Below, piece after piece: positions 12,947 to 25,545 of a DNA stretch of 64,000 nucleotides. Where the stretch lies: NCBI RefSeq assembly GCF_009914755.1, contig NC_060926.1; one strand, written 5' to 3'. The position numbers and the translations under genes are program-made. Position 1 is the stretch's first letter, and the number at the start of each line of letters is the position of its first letter. Below the pieces are notes generated by a model. The model did not search any database and was not told the origin of the DNA. It saw nothing but the letters and a program-made list of their open reading frames with translations. Source of the DNA: the human T2T-CHM13v2.0 reference genome, Homo sapiens.

Positions 12947-15426
12947 TTTCCACAAAACTCATGGAAAGGAGTTTGAAGGAGAGAAATGTCATGGGTGGAT
13001 TGGCAAAAGGTGAGGAGAGGGTCTTAACTTTGCCTCCTTCTTAACTTGACTTCATCTTTAGAATGTGTTTGGCTGGGTTTTCCATGACAAACCCTCAAAA
13101 TGAAAATCCATAAAACCTTAGGTCCATTTTCTTCAAAGATGCATACTTTGGCCTGTCATCCCTCTCTATTAGTGTGCGTGGAATATGCATTGTCAGGCCT
13201 GTGACTTCCCATGTGGCACTGTGGCGTGAGTGGGGTCACTGTGGGGAGGGAAGCCGAGGAGACACTGATGTGTCTGCTGCGGGAAGGTCTGGTTCTCTGT
13301 TCAGGGTGCAAGAGCTTCACAATTAAAGCCCATTATGTTTCCCACATTAAAAAAGGCTCCAAAGAAGCACATGTCTCCAAGTGTCATTTGATTTAATAGT
13401 TCAGTACAAATGGCCTTGTATTCTACATGGTTATGTAATCTGGTAACCAGCATGCATGCAGGCAACGAAGTCAATATTAAAGTATTTGTTGATGAATAGA
13501 TTTTATTTTTAGCTGAGAAGTTGGCCAACTGGGAGGCCACATGGAGGAGATTAAGGTTTCACAGGAGCCATCTCATCAGACTGTTGCAGAAAATGATTAT
13601 GAATGCTAATAGGAATCCCATGCGTGCCTCTGAGATATGGGGCTTTCCCTGGAAGGATTTTACAGTTTGAGAATAAATCTCTTTGGTCTTAATAATTTAG
13701 AACAAACAAATGTGTCTTTCCATCTTCCAGGCTTCAGCCAGCTCAGCTGGAACCTCCTGAGTGTTTGCCAAAATCTCTTTGCCCCGTCTCTGGCCCTGTG
13801 ACATCCCCATGTTCTGAATTCCTTGTTATGCAGAACCCTTCCCGCTGCGAGCACAGAGCCTCGCATCACATCGGCAGAAGCTCTTCCAGGAGAGGGCCCA
13901 GGTGGGAGGCTGTGGGCTGGATGGGGTCAGGGTTCTCACTTAGTGATCTGCCCTCTGCTTGGCCCCATTGCCTGAACTGTCTCCATTGCCATGCCTTAGA
14001 ACTCCCAGCGTTTTAGGTCTCTTTCAAGTAGCCCTTGCAGGGAAGCCCTTGAGCCTCCATCAGCCCACACAGGCCGGGAGAGGCTCTGTACAGCACCAGG
14101 GAGCCCAGTCACTGTGTGTGCCAGATCACAGGTGCCCCAACAACTTGTGCAATGCAACAGCCCTGGCTGGGGAGGAATTGGAGTAAATGGGATGAGAGTT
14201 AAAGGGACACTTTGTGCTTCCGATGATGCGAGGGGGACTGAGAGAGACGATGACAAAGTGGGCAGGGCCTTGGAGAGGCAGCTTGTGCCCTTCTCCTTTT
14301 GCTGAGTTGTTCTGGGCTTAGTTGCTTCCACATAGGTCGCAGTGGGAAATCCAGAAGGTCGGTCACTTGCTTTGCAGGACACCTGGCACATGGAGAGCTC
14401 CGGTGACTTTTTGTGTCCTTGCAAAGGGGACCTGAAACATGTCTCACATCTAAAACAATTTTGGGTGCTGCGGCATGGCCCTCTTCTCCCTGGACACTGT
14501 AACATCTGAATGTGCACCCTAGAAGTGCTTGCGTCTATCACAGCAGGCTGGCAGCTTGCTCTGTTTGTCCCCTGTGCGTCGAAGGCAGGGGTTACAAGAA
14601 GAGCAAGGTGCTGCTTATGCAGGAAGGAAAAGTGCCCAGGGCAGTTGGGGCCCAGGAACGAGGAGGGCACCATTTAAGCAGTAGGGCCGGATCCAGGGTT
14701 CTAATTTATGAGGCCTAGGATTGACCACAGGCAATGGCAGAGGCTGCGCATCATGCAGCCTCTCCTAGGATGGTTCTCCAGCTAGGCTGGCTGACTCTAC
14801 TGATGAGTGTCTGTCCTTTCAAAGCTCCACAGAAGCTAGCTAGGACAGGGTGAGGAGACTTTCTGAGCTCAACTGTGAAAGGATGTCGTTAGGGAACCCA
14901 TGGGTTGGCTGCCTTCCGTGTTCCCCCTGCGACCTCCATGGCATGCTCTCCTGGACACACTGGGCCTCACCACCTACCCCAGCTGCCCCCACCCTGACAG
15001 CCCCATCACCTCCAGGTCCCCTCCCCTCCATGCCAGCCTTTAGGCCTTCCTTGACTTTTAGCTTTCCTTCTTTCACACCCAATGCCCAAGTTCAAACTCT
15101 CTTGTTAGCTCCCTAATTCCAAGGCTTCTCCCAGGCCTGGGTGAGAATCCACACCCAGGTCAATCCTGGCCATTCTCATGGTGGACATGCCTGGAGAACT
15201 GAGTTCTGTTGGAGAAAGTAGCCTCACTTGACCGACTGGTGCCTCCACCACCTGTTTGCTCATGTCCTCTGGGCCTGGCTGCAGTCCGTCCATTGAGAAC
15301 TTGATCCTGGTCACTTTCCTCACAGGTGCTGTGCTGAAACATCACCCCTCACTTTGAGAACTTGCTTCATCCCTTCCTTCTCGCCCTCAGGAGGTGCGGT
15401 GCCCTCTTCTGAACAATGAAGACGGT

Positions 15427-15982
15427 TGTTGGGAAAGGGCTTGTGTGGTGCCTGCATAAACTAGCCATAAAAATATGGGACAATAAGTTGTGGAATGCCA
15501 CAAGAGGCCTCTGAAAAGGAAGGCCTTTTTATCGCCATTATATTCCCATGCTCTGAGCGAGGCTTGCTCTCTTCTCCATAAACACTGTGTTCAAGCAGAA
15601 AGACACTCCTTTGAAGCACTGGAATGTGGCCAGACACACAGGCTCCTAGTTAAGCCCGCTCCCACTAGCTACTCTCCGATAAGTTAAAGATATGATGTTT
15701 GAGCACAAAGGAGATTCATTTAAACCGCCACTACTATAGATGATGCGTATGACGCACTGCCTCCCTTTCACCGTTTCACACTGAACTTCTGCTTCTTAGA
15801 TCTGAGTGTTCATACTCAATAAATAGTGTGGAGACCAGAACTCTGGGCCTTTTGCAGCCTCCACTGTGCAATCGGCCCCCTGGCCCCCACTCTTTATGCA
15901 CTCTTAACCTGTCTCTTCTCATTCCTTCATCACCACTGGACTTTGGGTACCCTGTGGGAGATGTTGAGGCTGGTCCCCAACA
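15427..15982 (+). mobile_element. Solo LTR of a HERV-K (class II) element, LTR14 / HML-10 (HERV-K(C4))-like
   Basis: 556 bp; terminal inverted repeats TGTTGGG...CCCAACA; AATAAA at 15818-15823; 5-bp TSD ACGGT/ACAGT; 5' end resembles recalled LTR14 (GGCCATAAAAATATGGGACAATAAGTTGTGGA). Confidence 0.8.
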
Positions 15983-16896
15983 ACAGTAAGTTAAAAAAAA
16001 TAGCTAAAGATTGACACTTTCCTAGAAATCAATCTGCAGCTGGACAGGAGGGTGTGTTCTAAGGCTGGTGGGATGGCCAGTTGCCTGTACATGTTGTGCA
16101 TTTTATGGCTTGTTTGAAAAATCTTCCCTGCTATATAATCCAGATTATATTACATATTTTGTTCTAGAATTTTTAAAGCTTTGGTTTCACCTGTAGTTCA
16201 TTGATCCATTTGAAATTGATATTTTTCAGGATTATAATGATACTTTGCTGAGTGGTATAAGGAAGAGATCCATTGTTTTCCTTCAATATTCCAGTCACCA
16301 TCATTGAATAATAGCCCATTCTATCCCCATTGATAGGGAAATGATGTCTTCATGCTAAGTTTTCTGATATAGGAAGTTCTGTTTCTGGCTTTTCTCTTCT
16401 GTCCTCACATCAATTCATCTATCCTGGTACTGATACTACAATCTCCGTGTTTCCAAATCAGCTCTGAGATCTGGTAGGACATATCTCTTCTCTTCATTAT
16501 TCTTTTAAATACTCGCGGCTGTTCTTGAACTTTGGCTCATCTTTGACCTTATTACTTTCCAGGAACAACTTGCAAATTTTTAGGAAAAAACACTCTTTGG
16601 GATTTTGGTAGAAAGTGCATTTAATGTACAGATTAATTTCTGGAAAATTGGTATCTTTATGATATCATGTTTTCTTATTTATGAACATGGTGATACTCAT
16701 TTAAATCCCCTTGTGTCCTTCAGTAAAATGTTATACTTTTCTTCATGTAGATCTTGCACCAATTTTGTTAGATTTCTTCATTATAGTTTTATTGCTATTT
16801 TGAATAGCATGCTTTGATTTTTACAGCTTTTAATTGGTTGCTGCTTGTGCATAAGAAACTGTTAATTTGTATTTGTTTTGCATTCTTAGATTTTTC

Positions 16897-17008
16897 CTTT
16901 TTTTATTATACTTTAAGTTTTAGGGTACATGTGCACAACGTGCAGGTTAGTTACATATGTATGCATGTGCCATGTTGGTGTGCTGCACCCATTAGGAGAT
17001 ATACCTAA
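16897..17008 (-). mobile_element. Very short L1PA3/PA4-type insertion with 5' inversion
   Basis: TTTTTTTATTATACTTTAAGTTTTAGGGTACATGTGCACAACG = L1PA 3' terminus; TSD TGCATTCTT(A/G)GATTTTTC at 16879-16896 and 17009-17026. Confidence 0.93.
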
Positions 17009-18411
17009 TGCATTCTTGGATTTTTCTATGTATAAAACCATATATGGAATCATATTACATGTGAAAAATATTTTCATTTACAACTCTCATTTATCTTATT
17101 TATTTTTCTTGTCTTATTGAATTAGCCCTACTCTCAGAACAATGTTCAGTAGAGGCACAGGAGGCATTTCTGTATCTTGTTCATTTAAAGATAAGAAAAC
17201 ATCTCCTAATTTTGAACCACTTTTAAAACCTCAGAAAAGTGAAAGAATGGACACATACAAACTTTTTACCTAGATTAATCTATTTTTAACATTTGGCTTT
17301 TTGTTCTCTCTTATTATTTTTAACCACTGAGGAATAAGTTGCAGACATTGTGATATTTCATCCTAAATATTTCAGTAATTATAGACAAGAAAAAAGGCAT
17401 TCTTCTATGTAAACAGAATTGAGAAATTTAACAATGATAATACTATTATTTATTATACCATATGTATTCAAATTTTATCAACTGTCCTAATAAAATTCTC
17501 TATTAGCTGTTGTTTTCCTGATCTAGCATCCAGTCAAGGATCACACATTGCATTTAGTTGTCACACTTCAATCTCCTTTAATTGAGAATAGTTCCCTAGA
17601 CCCCACTTTCTTCTTTCTTTGTTTTTTTGGGACCCTTTCGCAGAATCCAGGGCAGTGATTTTTTTTTTTGTGGTGTGACTCTCAATTTGTATTTTTAAAG
17701 AGAACACATTATTGTGCCCCCATTAGAATATCTCCTGAAGGTTTTCATTAGATATCTATTAATAAACTACAAAATTACCTTCTATTCCTATGTTGCAAGA
17801 ATTCTTTTCTATAGGTTTTTTGGCATTCATTTAGATGAGCATATGATTTTTAAAATCTGTTTTCGTGGCAAACTGCATTACTAGATTTTCTAATATTAAG
17901 CCATCCTTGCATTCCTAGGGTACATTTAACTTGGTCATGACTTATATTTATTTCCCATGCATTTTAGGATTCTATTGCTAGTATTTTATTTAGGATTTTT
18001 GAGTCTGTGCTTATAATTTTCCTTTTTTTTTTTCCTGCCTTACCTTGTTTTGTTACCAGAGGGATGCTGTAGGAAAAAGGGGATAGTTTCCCCTCCTTTT
18101 CTAGTCTTTAGAACTTAATAGATCAAATACAAGCTTCAGTAATTTAATTTTTAGGAAAATTACTTATTGTATATACAATTTCAAATATATTAGTCCAAAA
18201 TTGTTCATTTATTTTTGTTTCTTAATCTCTACTTATAAGTAATTATTTTTATTTAATTTCTAATATACTTTATTCATGTATTTTTTCTTGATAAACCAAG
18301 AAAATAAGAAGTTTGTCTTTTTTTATTAGCTCTTTATAAATAATCAACTTTTGATTTTTTTGTTTTTCACTATTGCTTTTTTGCTTACTATTTCAATAAT
18401 TTTAACTTTTC

Positions 18412-18699
18412 TGCCAGGCGTGGTGGCTCACACATGTAACCTTAGCACTGTGGGAGGCTGAGGTAGGAGGATCCTTTGAGCCCATGAATTTGAGACCAGC
18501 CTGGGCAACAAAGCAAAACCCCATCTTTACAGAAAATAAAAAATAAAAATTAGCCAAGCGAGTGATACTTGCCTATAGTCCCAGCTACTCAGGAGGCTGA
18601 GGCGGAAGGATCACTTGATCCTGTGGGATTGAGGCTGCAGTGAGCTATGCTCATGCCACTGAAGTTCAGTTTAAGTGACAGCAAGACCTTGTCTCAAAA
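18412..18699 (+). mobile_element. AluJ
   Basis: Diverged dimeric Alu with J diagnostics (GGAGGATC, TTGAGCCCA, GAGGCTGCAGTGAGCTATG). Confidence 0.92.
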
Positions 18700-20408
18700 T
18701 TTATTTTTGAAAAAGCTTTTCTTTTCTTTTTTCTTTGGCTTTACACTAATTTATTTATCTAACTTTATCTAACTTCTTAAATTGAATTTTTAGCTTATTA
18801 ATTTAAAATCATTTTGTTTTCTAATATGTACATATATTTACTATTTTAAATTCCCTGTAGTATGCCCTTCATGTACATTCTACAGCTTTTGTGCATAGTT
18901 CTTTTTTTGTCCTTCAGTTCTCAGTGTTTATAATTGCCATTATGATTTCTTCCAGACCCATGAATTATTTAACAGTGTTATTTAGTTTCCAAATGTATGG
19001 GTGCATTTTAGCTGACTTTAAAATTTTATTTCTAAATTCACTGTGGGCTGCATGGTTTTGAATCTTTGGATGTTTTCAAGACGTCTTTTGTAATCCATGA
19101 TGTATGTGGCCAATTAAAAAAATACTCTGTGTTTGAAACAAATATGTAGTCTGTATTTGTGGGAGCCTGGGGATATATGTATATATACATGTGAAATGGT
19201 ATTTTTATGTTTTCTCTTCTTCCTGATTTTTTGAAAGCTTAATTTGTCTGCTAACAAGAGATGTGAACTACAGTTTCTTCCCCTGATTATGGATATTTCA
19301 ACTTCTTATAGTTGTGTCAACTTTTTCTTTGTATTGGGAGATGTGTGTAGGTTGAGGACCATTAATCTTCCTAGAGAGTTATTACTTTTATCATTAAAAA
19401 TGGCCTTTTTCATTCCTACTAAGACTTTTTGCCTTAAAACCTATTTTGTCTAATATTCATAAAGCCATCTAAATTTTCTTTTGCTTAGCAATTGACAATA
19501 TCTTTTCCTGTCTCTTTACTTTTAGTCCCTCTTTCCTTGTGTTTGGGGTGTACCTCTATTCATAAAGTTTCTACAGCCGAATATTGTATAACTAGTATGT
19601 GGAGTGAACACAATTCATGCTGTAATTAAAGCGTGACTTAATTTCTGTTCCCTGCCTCTTTAAAGTCTGTTCATCGGTGGTAATCTTGCTCAGTTATGGG
19701 CTTGGACAGGTCCCAGGTTTACCCCAGATTACCGCCTGATGTCCTTAAACATATCTCAGTCCAGAAATCAAATAGGGCATAGCCTGAGCCATTAATTGAA
19801 ACGTTTTATTCATTTACCATCTCCTTCCCACACTAGCTAAGCCTGCGGCTGGTGAGGCTACAGCCCTCAGGGAGGCTCTACCTCCAGCCCAGCTGGCTGA
19901 CAGGGGCTTCTGTCCTGGTCCCGCACGACTGGATGTGAACAGGAGAGAGGAATGGGTGGGTGTTTCTGCCCTGCCGGCCTAGCAGATGTTTTTAACTGGC
20001 TTTCTTGTGGGCCACTTTGGAGTCTTTCAGAGTTGCTTATGCTCTCATAGGTACTCTTGGGCTGTGCCCCTGGCTACTGTGCCTCGGTGCCGGGATCTCA
20101 GGGACCTGCTCTCTGAAGGTTCTTCTACTCAGGGTCCTTAGTCCGTTCAGGTGGTCCTCTGGGGCAGGACCTAAAACGTCTCTCTGTATGTTTGTGTGTG
20201 ATCTGTTTCTTGTCTGTCTCTTGTCTCAGTCTCTTTTCCACCCTCTAGTTCTATGTTTTTTATGTGGCCCATATCTGGTGCAGGAAAACCTCTCTGGCAT
20301 CTTCATGCCTGAAAAAAGCAATCTCTATGTAGCATTCTCTAAGGAGCATCCTTCTTTTTCCACACCTGACAAAGCAGCTGACCAGCCCCTCTTTTGGGGG
20401 CAGGATGA

Positions 20409-20735
<327 letters not shown>

Positions 20736-21479
20736 TATATCAGGCTCTTCCAGGGCTAGAGCTGAACCCATTTGCTTGAGGTAAAGGAGGTTTGGCCCCT
20801 CCCACTCTTCCTTCTCTGGAGGACTTGAGATACAAGCACCACTTTCACCAAAGACACCTCCACAAATTCATGCTCTCTCTACTCTTGTAATTCTATCTTC
20901 TTGAATGAGTGCAGGTTCAAAGGCGGGACACAGATTCTTAACCATTTCCTTTGTAAATCTGGCACTTCGTTTAGCATTTTTACCTACCTTTAAATTGGAT
21001 TCAAAACTTCAATTTTAGGATCTGCGGTAGTTAAAAAAAATCTGTGCCTTAAGAAAGGTAAATTTAATTCATTTACATTTATTATGATTGTTAATACATT
21101 TGAACTTATTTTTAGCATTTTTTTGTTTTTTAATCATCATTATTTTCCTTGTTTCTTTTTTCTTTCCTGATTTTGCTAGGCTGAAAGTTTTATTTCTCTG
21201 CTCTACAATTTGAGAGTTAAACATTTTTTATCTGTTCATTTAGTGTTCACCTCTAACTTTTCGTGTACTCTGAATTCTTTTAATAAAGGAGATAGGAATC
21301 TAGAAACACTTTAATTTCCCTCTGAACTTCCTACTCCCATGAGTTGGTTCCATTAACTGTGCCTTACTGCAATAGATTTTAGTCAAGTGTTTTATACTTT
21401 TTATTTAAAAGCTCACCTTAGCTGGGAGTGCACTAAGGATCTTGAGCAAATTTGTGTGTAATTCTGTAATTAAAGAAAA

Positions 21480-22230
21480 AGGAAAGTTGTGAACAAACAC
21501 CTGTGAAAGATGAGGGTTAATATCTAATGTCTTCATTGAGAGAATGGCTCATGCAAGTAGATAAAGAAGTGAGTCCCCAAGAAATTCAAAACAGGGTCAC
21601 AGACAGAGCATGTATTGCAGAAAATGTTTAATAAGCAACCAAATTATTTAACCTCACTGAGTCAAGAATTGCAAATTAACTTAAGACAACAAGGAATACT
21701 TTTTATACCCATTAAGTTACAAAAAATGAAGCAATGATAATATTTAATGTGGGTGAAGGTTTATGATACCAGCACTCTTTTACTGCTGGTGAGAGTTTAG
21801 CTTTTCAAGATGGCAATCTAACAATGCAATAATGCCAAGGACGGACTTACTGAGCACTTACTATGTGTTGAGCTAAGCACATATTGGCATTACACCTACC
21901 TATCAAGAGCCAAAAATGTTTCATCTAGGTGAATTTTATGAATGCTCAACAAAAGACAATGGTTACTTAAACTAGAATATATTTTGTTTCCAAAGAGTTT
22001 TCTTGATGGGAAATGCTCCTGAAATACAGAATTTTAAAGCAAAACAAGTGGCCTCTTACTAATGACAAAACGTGTGCAGAATATCAACTGGACACAAATT
22101 TCTGTGTGTGTCAAGAGCAATTTCTTTGATGGTGAGATTGGGGCAGATCATTTTTATGTCTTTTTGTACTTTTATGAACTTACCACATTTTCCACAATGT
22201 GACATTATGACTATAATTAATATAGAAATG
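21480..22230 (+). mobile_element. L1ME-type 3' fragment
   Basis: AACCTCACT...GCAAATTAA...TACCCATTAAG...ACTGCTGGTGAGAGT motifs of old L1 ORF2 end and 3' UTR. Confidence 0.6.
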
Positions 22231-22611
22231 TTAAGTGATGGAAAGCAGGGCTTTCAGCAGTAAATGTTCTGTGGAAAGACAACATTTTTTGCATGCCCAT
22301 GCCAGTCGTCTGGCCTGAGGCATAACTACATGCCCTCCTAGCCCTTCTTCCACCTGCTCCTGGCAGCCTCGCTCCCTCCACATCAGTCTGTTCTTGGTGG
22401 TTTCTGACTCTTCTTTTGCACATGCCTCAGGCAGCTAGTTCCGTTGGGCAGCTCTGTCTGTTAGGAGGTTCTTATTTAAACAACTTTACAAATGTATTTG
22501 GTGATATTGATTATTGGATTAATTGTAAAACTGTCTTTGAAGGCTTCCTGGCTCTGGATGACAGCAGGTGCTGTCTGCATTCAAATCCGAAATGTACAGC
22601 CAGTGTTCAAC

Positions 22612-22832
22612 TACATGCTTACCTGTGTGGTTTTGGCTGCTAGAGGATATTTGGCAATGTCTGGAGACACTGTCGATTGTCACAGTGGAGGGTAGGGGGT
22701 TGCTGTGCCTCTGGCATCCAGTGGGTGGAGGACAGGGATGCTGTTAAACAACTTGCATGCACAGGCCAGCCATGCACAGCAAAGAATTTATCTGGTCCCA
22801 AATGTCAGTATTGCCAATGTTGACAGACCCTG
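22612..22832 (+). mobile_element. MER20 (hAT-Charlie)
   Basis: TTTGGCAATGTCTGGAGACA...GGCATCCAGTGGGTGGAGG...AGGGATGCTG...CAAATGTCAGTA...ACCCTG. Confidence 0.9.
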
Positions 22833-23499
22833 GCTTAGACACAAAAGTATTTAAAAACTCTCACTTACAAAACCCATATACTTTTGTAATTGTTTTACAT
22901 TTTTTCTGTTTACAAAAAAGTACTATTAATGCCTTTTATGCCAACACATCACTTTTAAATTGATTTCTTACAAATAATTATTAAGCTTCAAAATGTTCTT
23001 CGTTAATAAGAAAAAAACAGCCTTGAAAAACACGTTAAAAGACTTGCAAATCTTTAATTATCAGAGACAGTATGTCTTAAGGCTAAAAGGAAAGGAATGG
23101 CATGCTTGGAAAGTCATTGTGGATATCTACCCAACCTTCCTGAAAATGACATTCCACAGATTTGGGAAGAAAGGCTCTGGGAGCATGGCCCCCAGCAGTG
23201 GGGTCCCCCTCAGTGAGTTCCCTTTGATACCTCATTCTCTTTGCTTGGATCATTCTACCAAAGATCACTGGAGTAGATACAAAGCGTGCTCACGCAGAAG
23301 ATTCTCCTGCAAGGGGAAAAGTGAAGACACATGTTCTGTCTTTGTTCAAAACAGTAACACATGAAAGTCTGCCTAATTTACGTCATTTTGTGTTTCCGTT
23401 AGCAACATCCTCTGCATGAAACCATAAGCGAGTTGGAGATGCCTTAGGATGGTTCCTTGGCCCTATTCCAGCGGTCAGAGATATGACCTGGCAGTGGGA

Positions 23500-23660
23500 A
23501 GGGCCCTTGGGAATCTGGAGCCTCAGGGCCAGCCACTAACAAGTCATGAGACTTTGAGAAAGTCATTTCATCTCTCTGTCTGAATTTTTTTTATCTGTCT
23601 AACAAAGAGATTTTATCAGAGCATCCTCTGCTTTCTTTATGTCTCTAAAATGCTAGGATT
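23500..23660 (+). mobile_element. MIR/MIR3 fragment
   Basis: GCCACTAAC...GACTTTGAGAAAGTCATTTCATCTCTCTG...ATCTGT. Confidence 0.6.
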
Positions 23661-24469
23661 TTAGAGCATTGTCTAAAAAAGACAAGCATTGTCAATTAGC
23701 AGTGCAGTACACTTTATAAATTATTCTTTCACTGCTGTTTCCTCTTCAAATTTGGAGATGGATTCAATTTTCTTTCCATAATTTTTCTTTAACAAAAGCA
23801 GTCTGACTCACTAGTTAATATGAGTTTATTTGGGATGATTTTAGAAGGAAAACAAGTTCAAAGAATCGTTTGATAGGAACTGAAACCAGAAGTTAGTTGC
23901 ATATGGATGTTGAAAGTAAATTTATAAGCTAAAAGGTATGACACATTTCTGTTCTACCCACCATTTCTTTTAAAAAAAGATGCTTCAGAATAAAAGAGTT
24001 TGAGCTCTTCACATTTGGTTGCTGCATTCTCATTTAATTAATAACTGTCTTTGGCCATTTTTCATCTGGTAAAGCAACTTAACCGGGAAATAATCAGGAA
24101 AACATTACTCAACATATTGCCAATAAATTATAACATGGCAACTGAAGACATCTGAGTTTGGTTGGTCCTTGATCTTTTCATGGACCATTAGACATAATTT
24201 CCACAGGGTTCTTGCAGGTGGAGGAAAGATCTGGGAATGCTGAAAACTTGAGTCTAACCAATAAGGCAGAGCAGGGAAGTGATTATGCTTTCATTGAACT
24301 ACAGCTGCTTTCCCGCAACTAGAATCAAGGTCAAATTCACTGTTACCTGGAGATCTAGGGGACTCTCTTCACTGACTTCTGAGGACCTTTACAACACTAA
24401 TCACAGCTATAATGGTGTGGTGCTGTCTGTGGACCAGGCTTTAGGTTTTTCGGGGCTGTTTTGGGGCAG

Positions 24470-25070
24470 TGTGATAGGCGGGATTATAAGATGACCCCAA
24501 GATCCTGTCCTCGTGTACACACCCTGCTTAGTATGAGACTATGTGAATAATGGATTTTACCCCCACAATTAGGTGGTTACACAGCACAGTTGACTTTAAG
24601 AAGGAGAGATGACCTGACCTAGCACATGACCATTGTAATTTGGGTCTAGAGGTCAGAGACAAAGGAAGTTAGAGAATTGAAGCATGGGAGAGATTACACA
24701 TGAGAGAGAGTCTCTGTTGCTGGATTATTGAGGGGACCATGTAGCAGAGGATGTGGGCTGCCTCTTGTAGTGGAGGACAGTCCCTGGCTGACACCTGCAA
24801 AGAAATAGGGACTGTGGTTTCACAGCCATGAGGAACTTAGGTCTGCCAACATGAATGAGCACAGATCTGGATTCTTCCCCAGTTGAGCCTGCAGAGGAGA
24901 GCCCAGCCCAGCATAGCTGACACCTTGATTTCGGCCTTTGAGACCCTGTGAAGAGAACCCAGTTACATTTGCCTGGACTTCTCTCCTGCAGAACTATGAG
25001 TTAATAAGTGGGAGTATCTTGAGGTACTGAGTTCGTGGTGATTTGCTTCACAGCAACTAAAACTAACACA
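24470..25070 (+). mobile_element. MLT1 (E/F-like) solo LTR, ERVL-MaLR
   Basis: TGTGATAGG...AAGATGACCCC start; GCTGACACCTTGATTTCGGCC...CCTGGACTTCT...AAAACTAACACA end; ~600 bp. Confidence 0.85.
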
Positions 25071-25127
25071 GCAGCCATGTACATAGGATGAATGAAAACA
25101 AATTCTAATTTCAGAGATGGTAGAAAG

Positions 25128-25545
25128 TGTTAAATCAAGTTTAACCTAAAGGTACCTCCTTACATATTTTAAGTTCAGCCTAAAGGTTTCTCTGTAAATA
25201 GTAAACTGTAACCTAAGTGGTGATATAAACAGACTGTAATCTACTCTTGGGGCAATCACCAAGATTTGGGCAATGAAAGGGGGCCAACTGTTCAAACTAT
25301 GTTCAAATAAGGTAAATGCCAAGCTGTAACCAATTTGGCTGTTTCTGTACTTCACTTCTATTTTCTGTATGTCACTTTCCTTTTTCTGTCTATAAATCTT
25401 CTTCCCCCACATGGCTGTGCTGGAGTCTGTGAGCCTACTCTGGCTCAGGAGGCTGCCCGATTCATGACTCATTCTTTGCTCAATTAAACTCTGTTAAATT
25501 AACTCTGTTAAATTTAATTTGGCTAAGGTTTTTTTTTTTTTTTCA
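25128..25545 (+). mobile_element. MER57B-like solo LTR (ERV1)
   Basis: TGTTAAATCAAGTTTAACCTAAAG...GTTCAAATAAGG...GGAGGCTGCCCGATTC...CTCAATTAAACTCTGTTAAA; TG...CA ends; internal 14-bp duplication AACTCTGTTAAATT. Confidence 0.88.

Larger units (their letters stand above)
16080..19580 (-). mobile_element. Old L1M (ME/MC) fragments, interrupted by younger insertions
   Basis: T-rich strand with L1 ORF2 motifs (TTGATCCATTTGAAATTGAT, ATGAACATGG, CCATCCTTGCATTCCTAGG...ACTTGGTCATG, TTTCCAAATGTATGGG). Confidence 0.75.
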
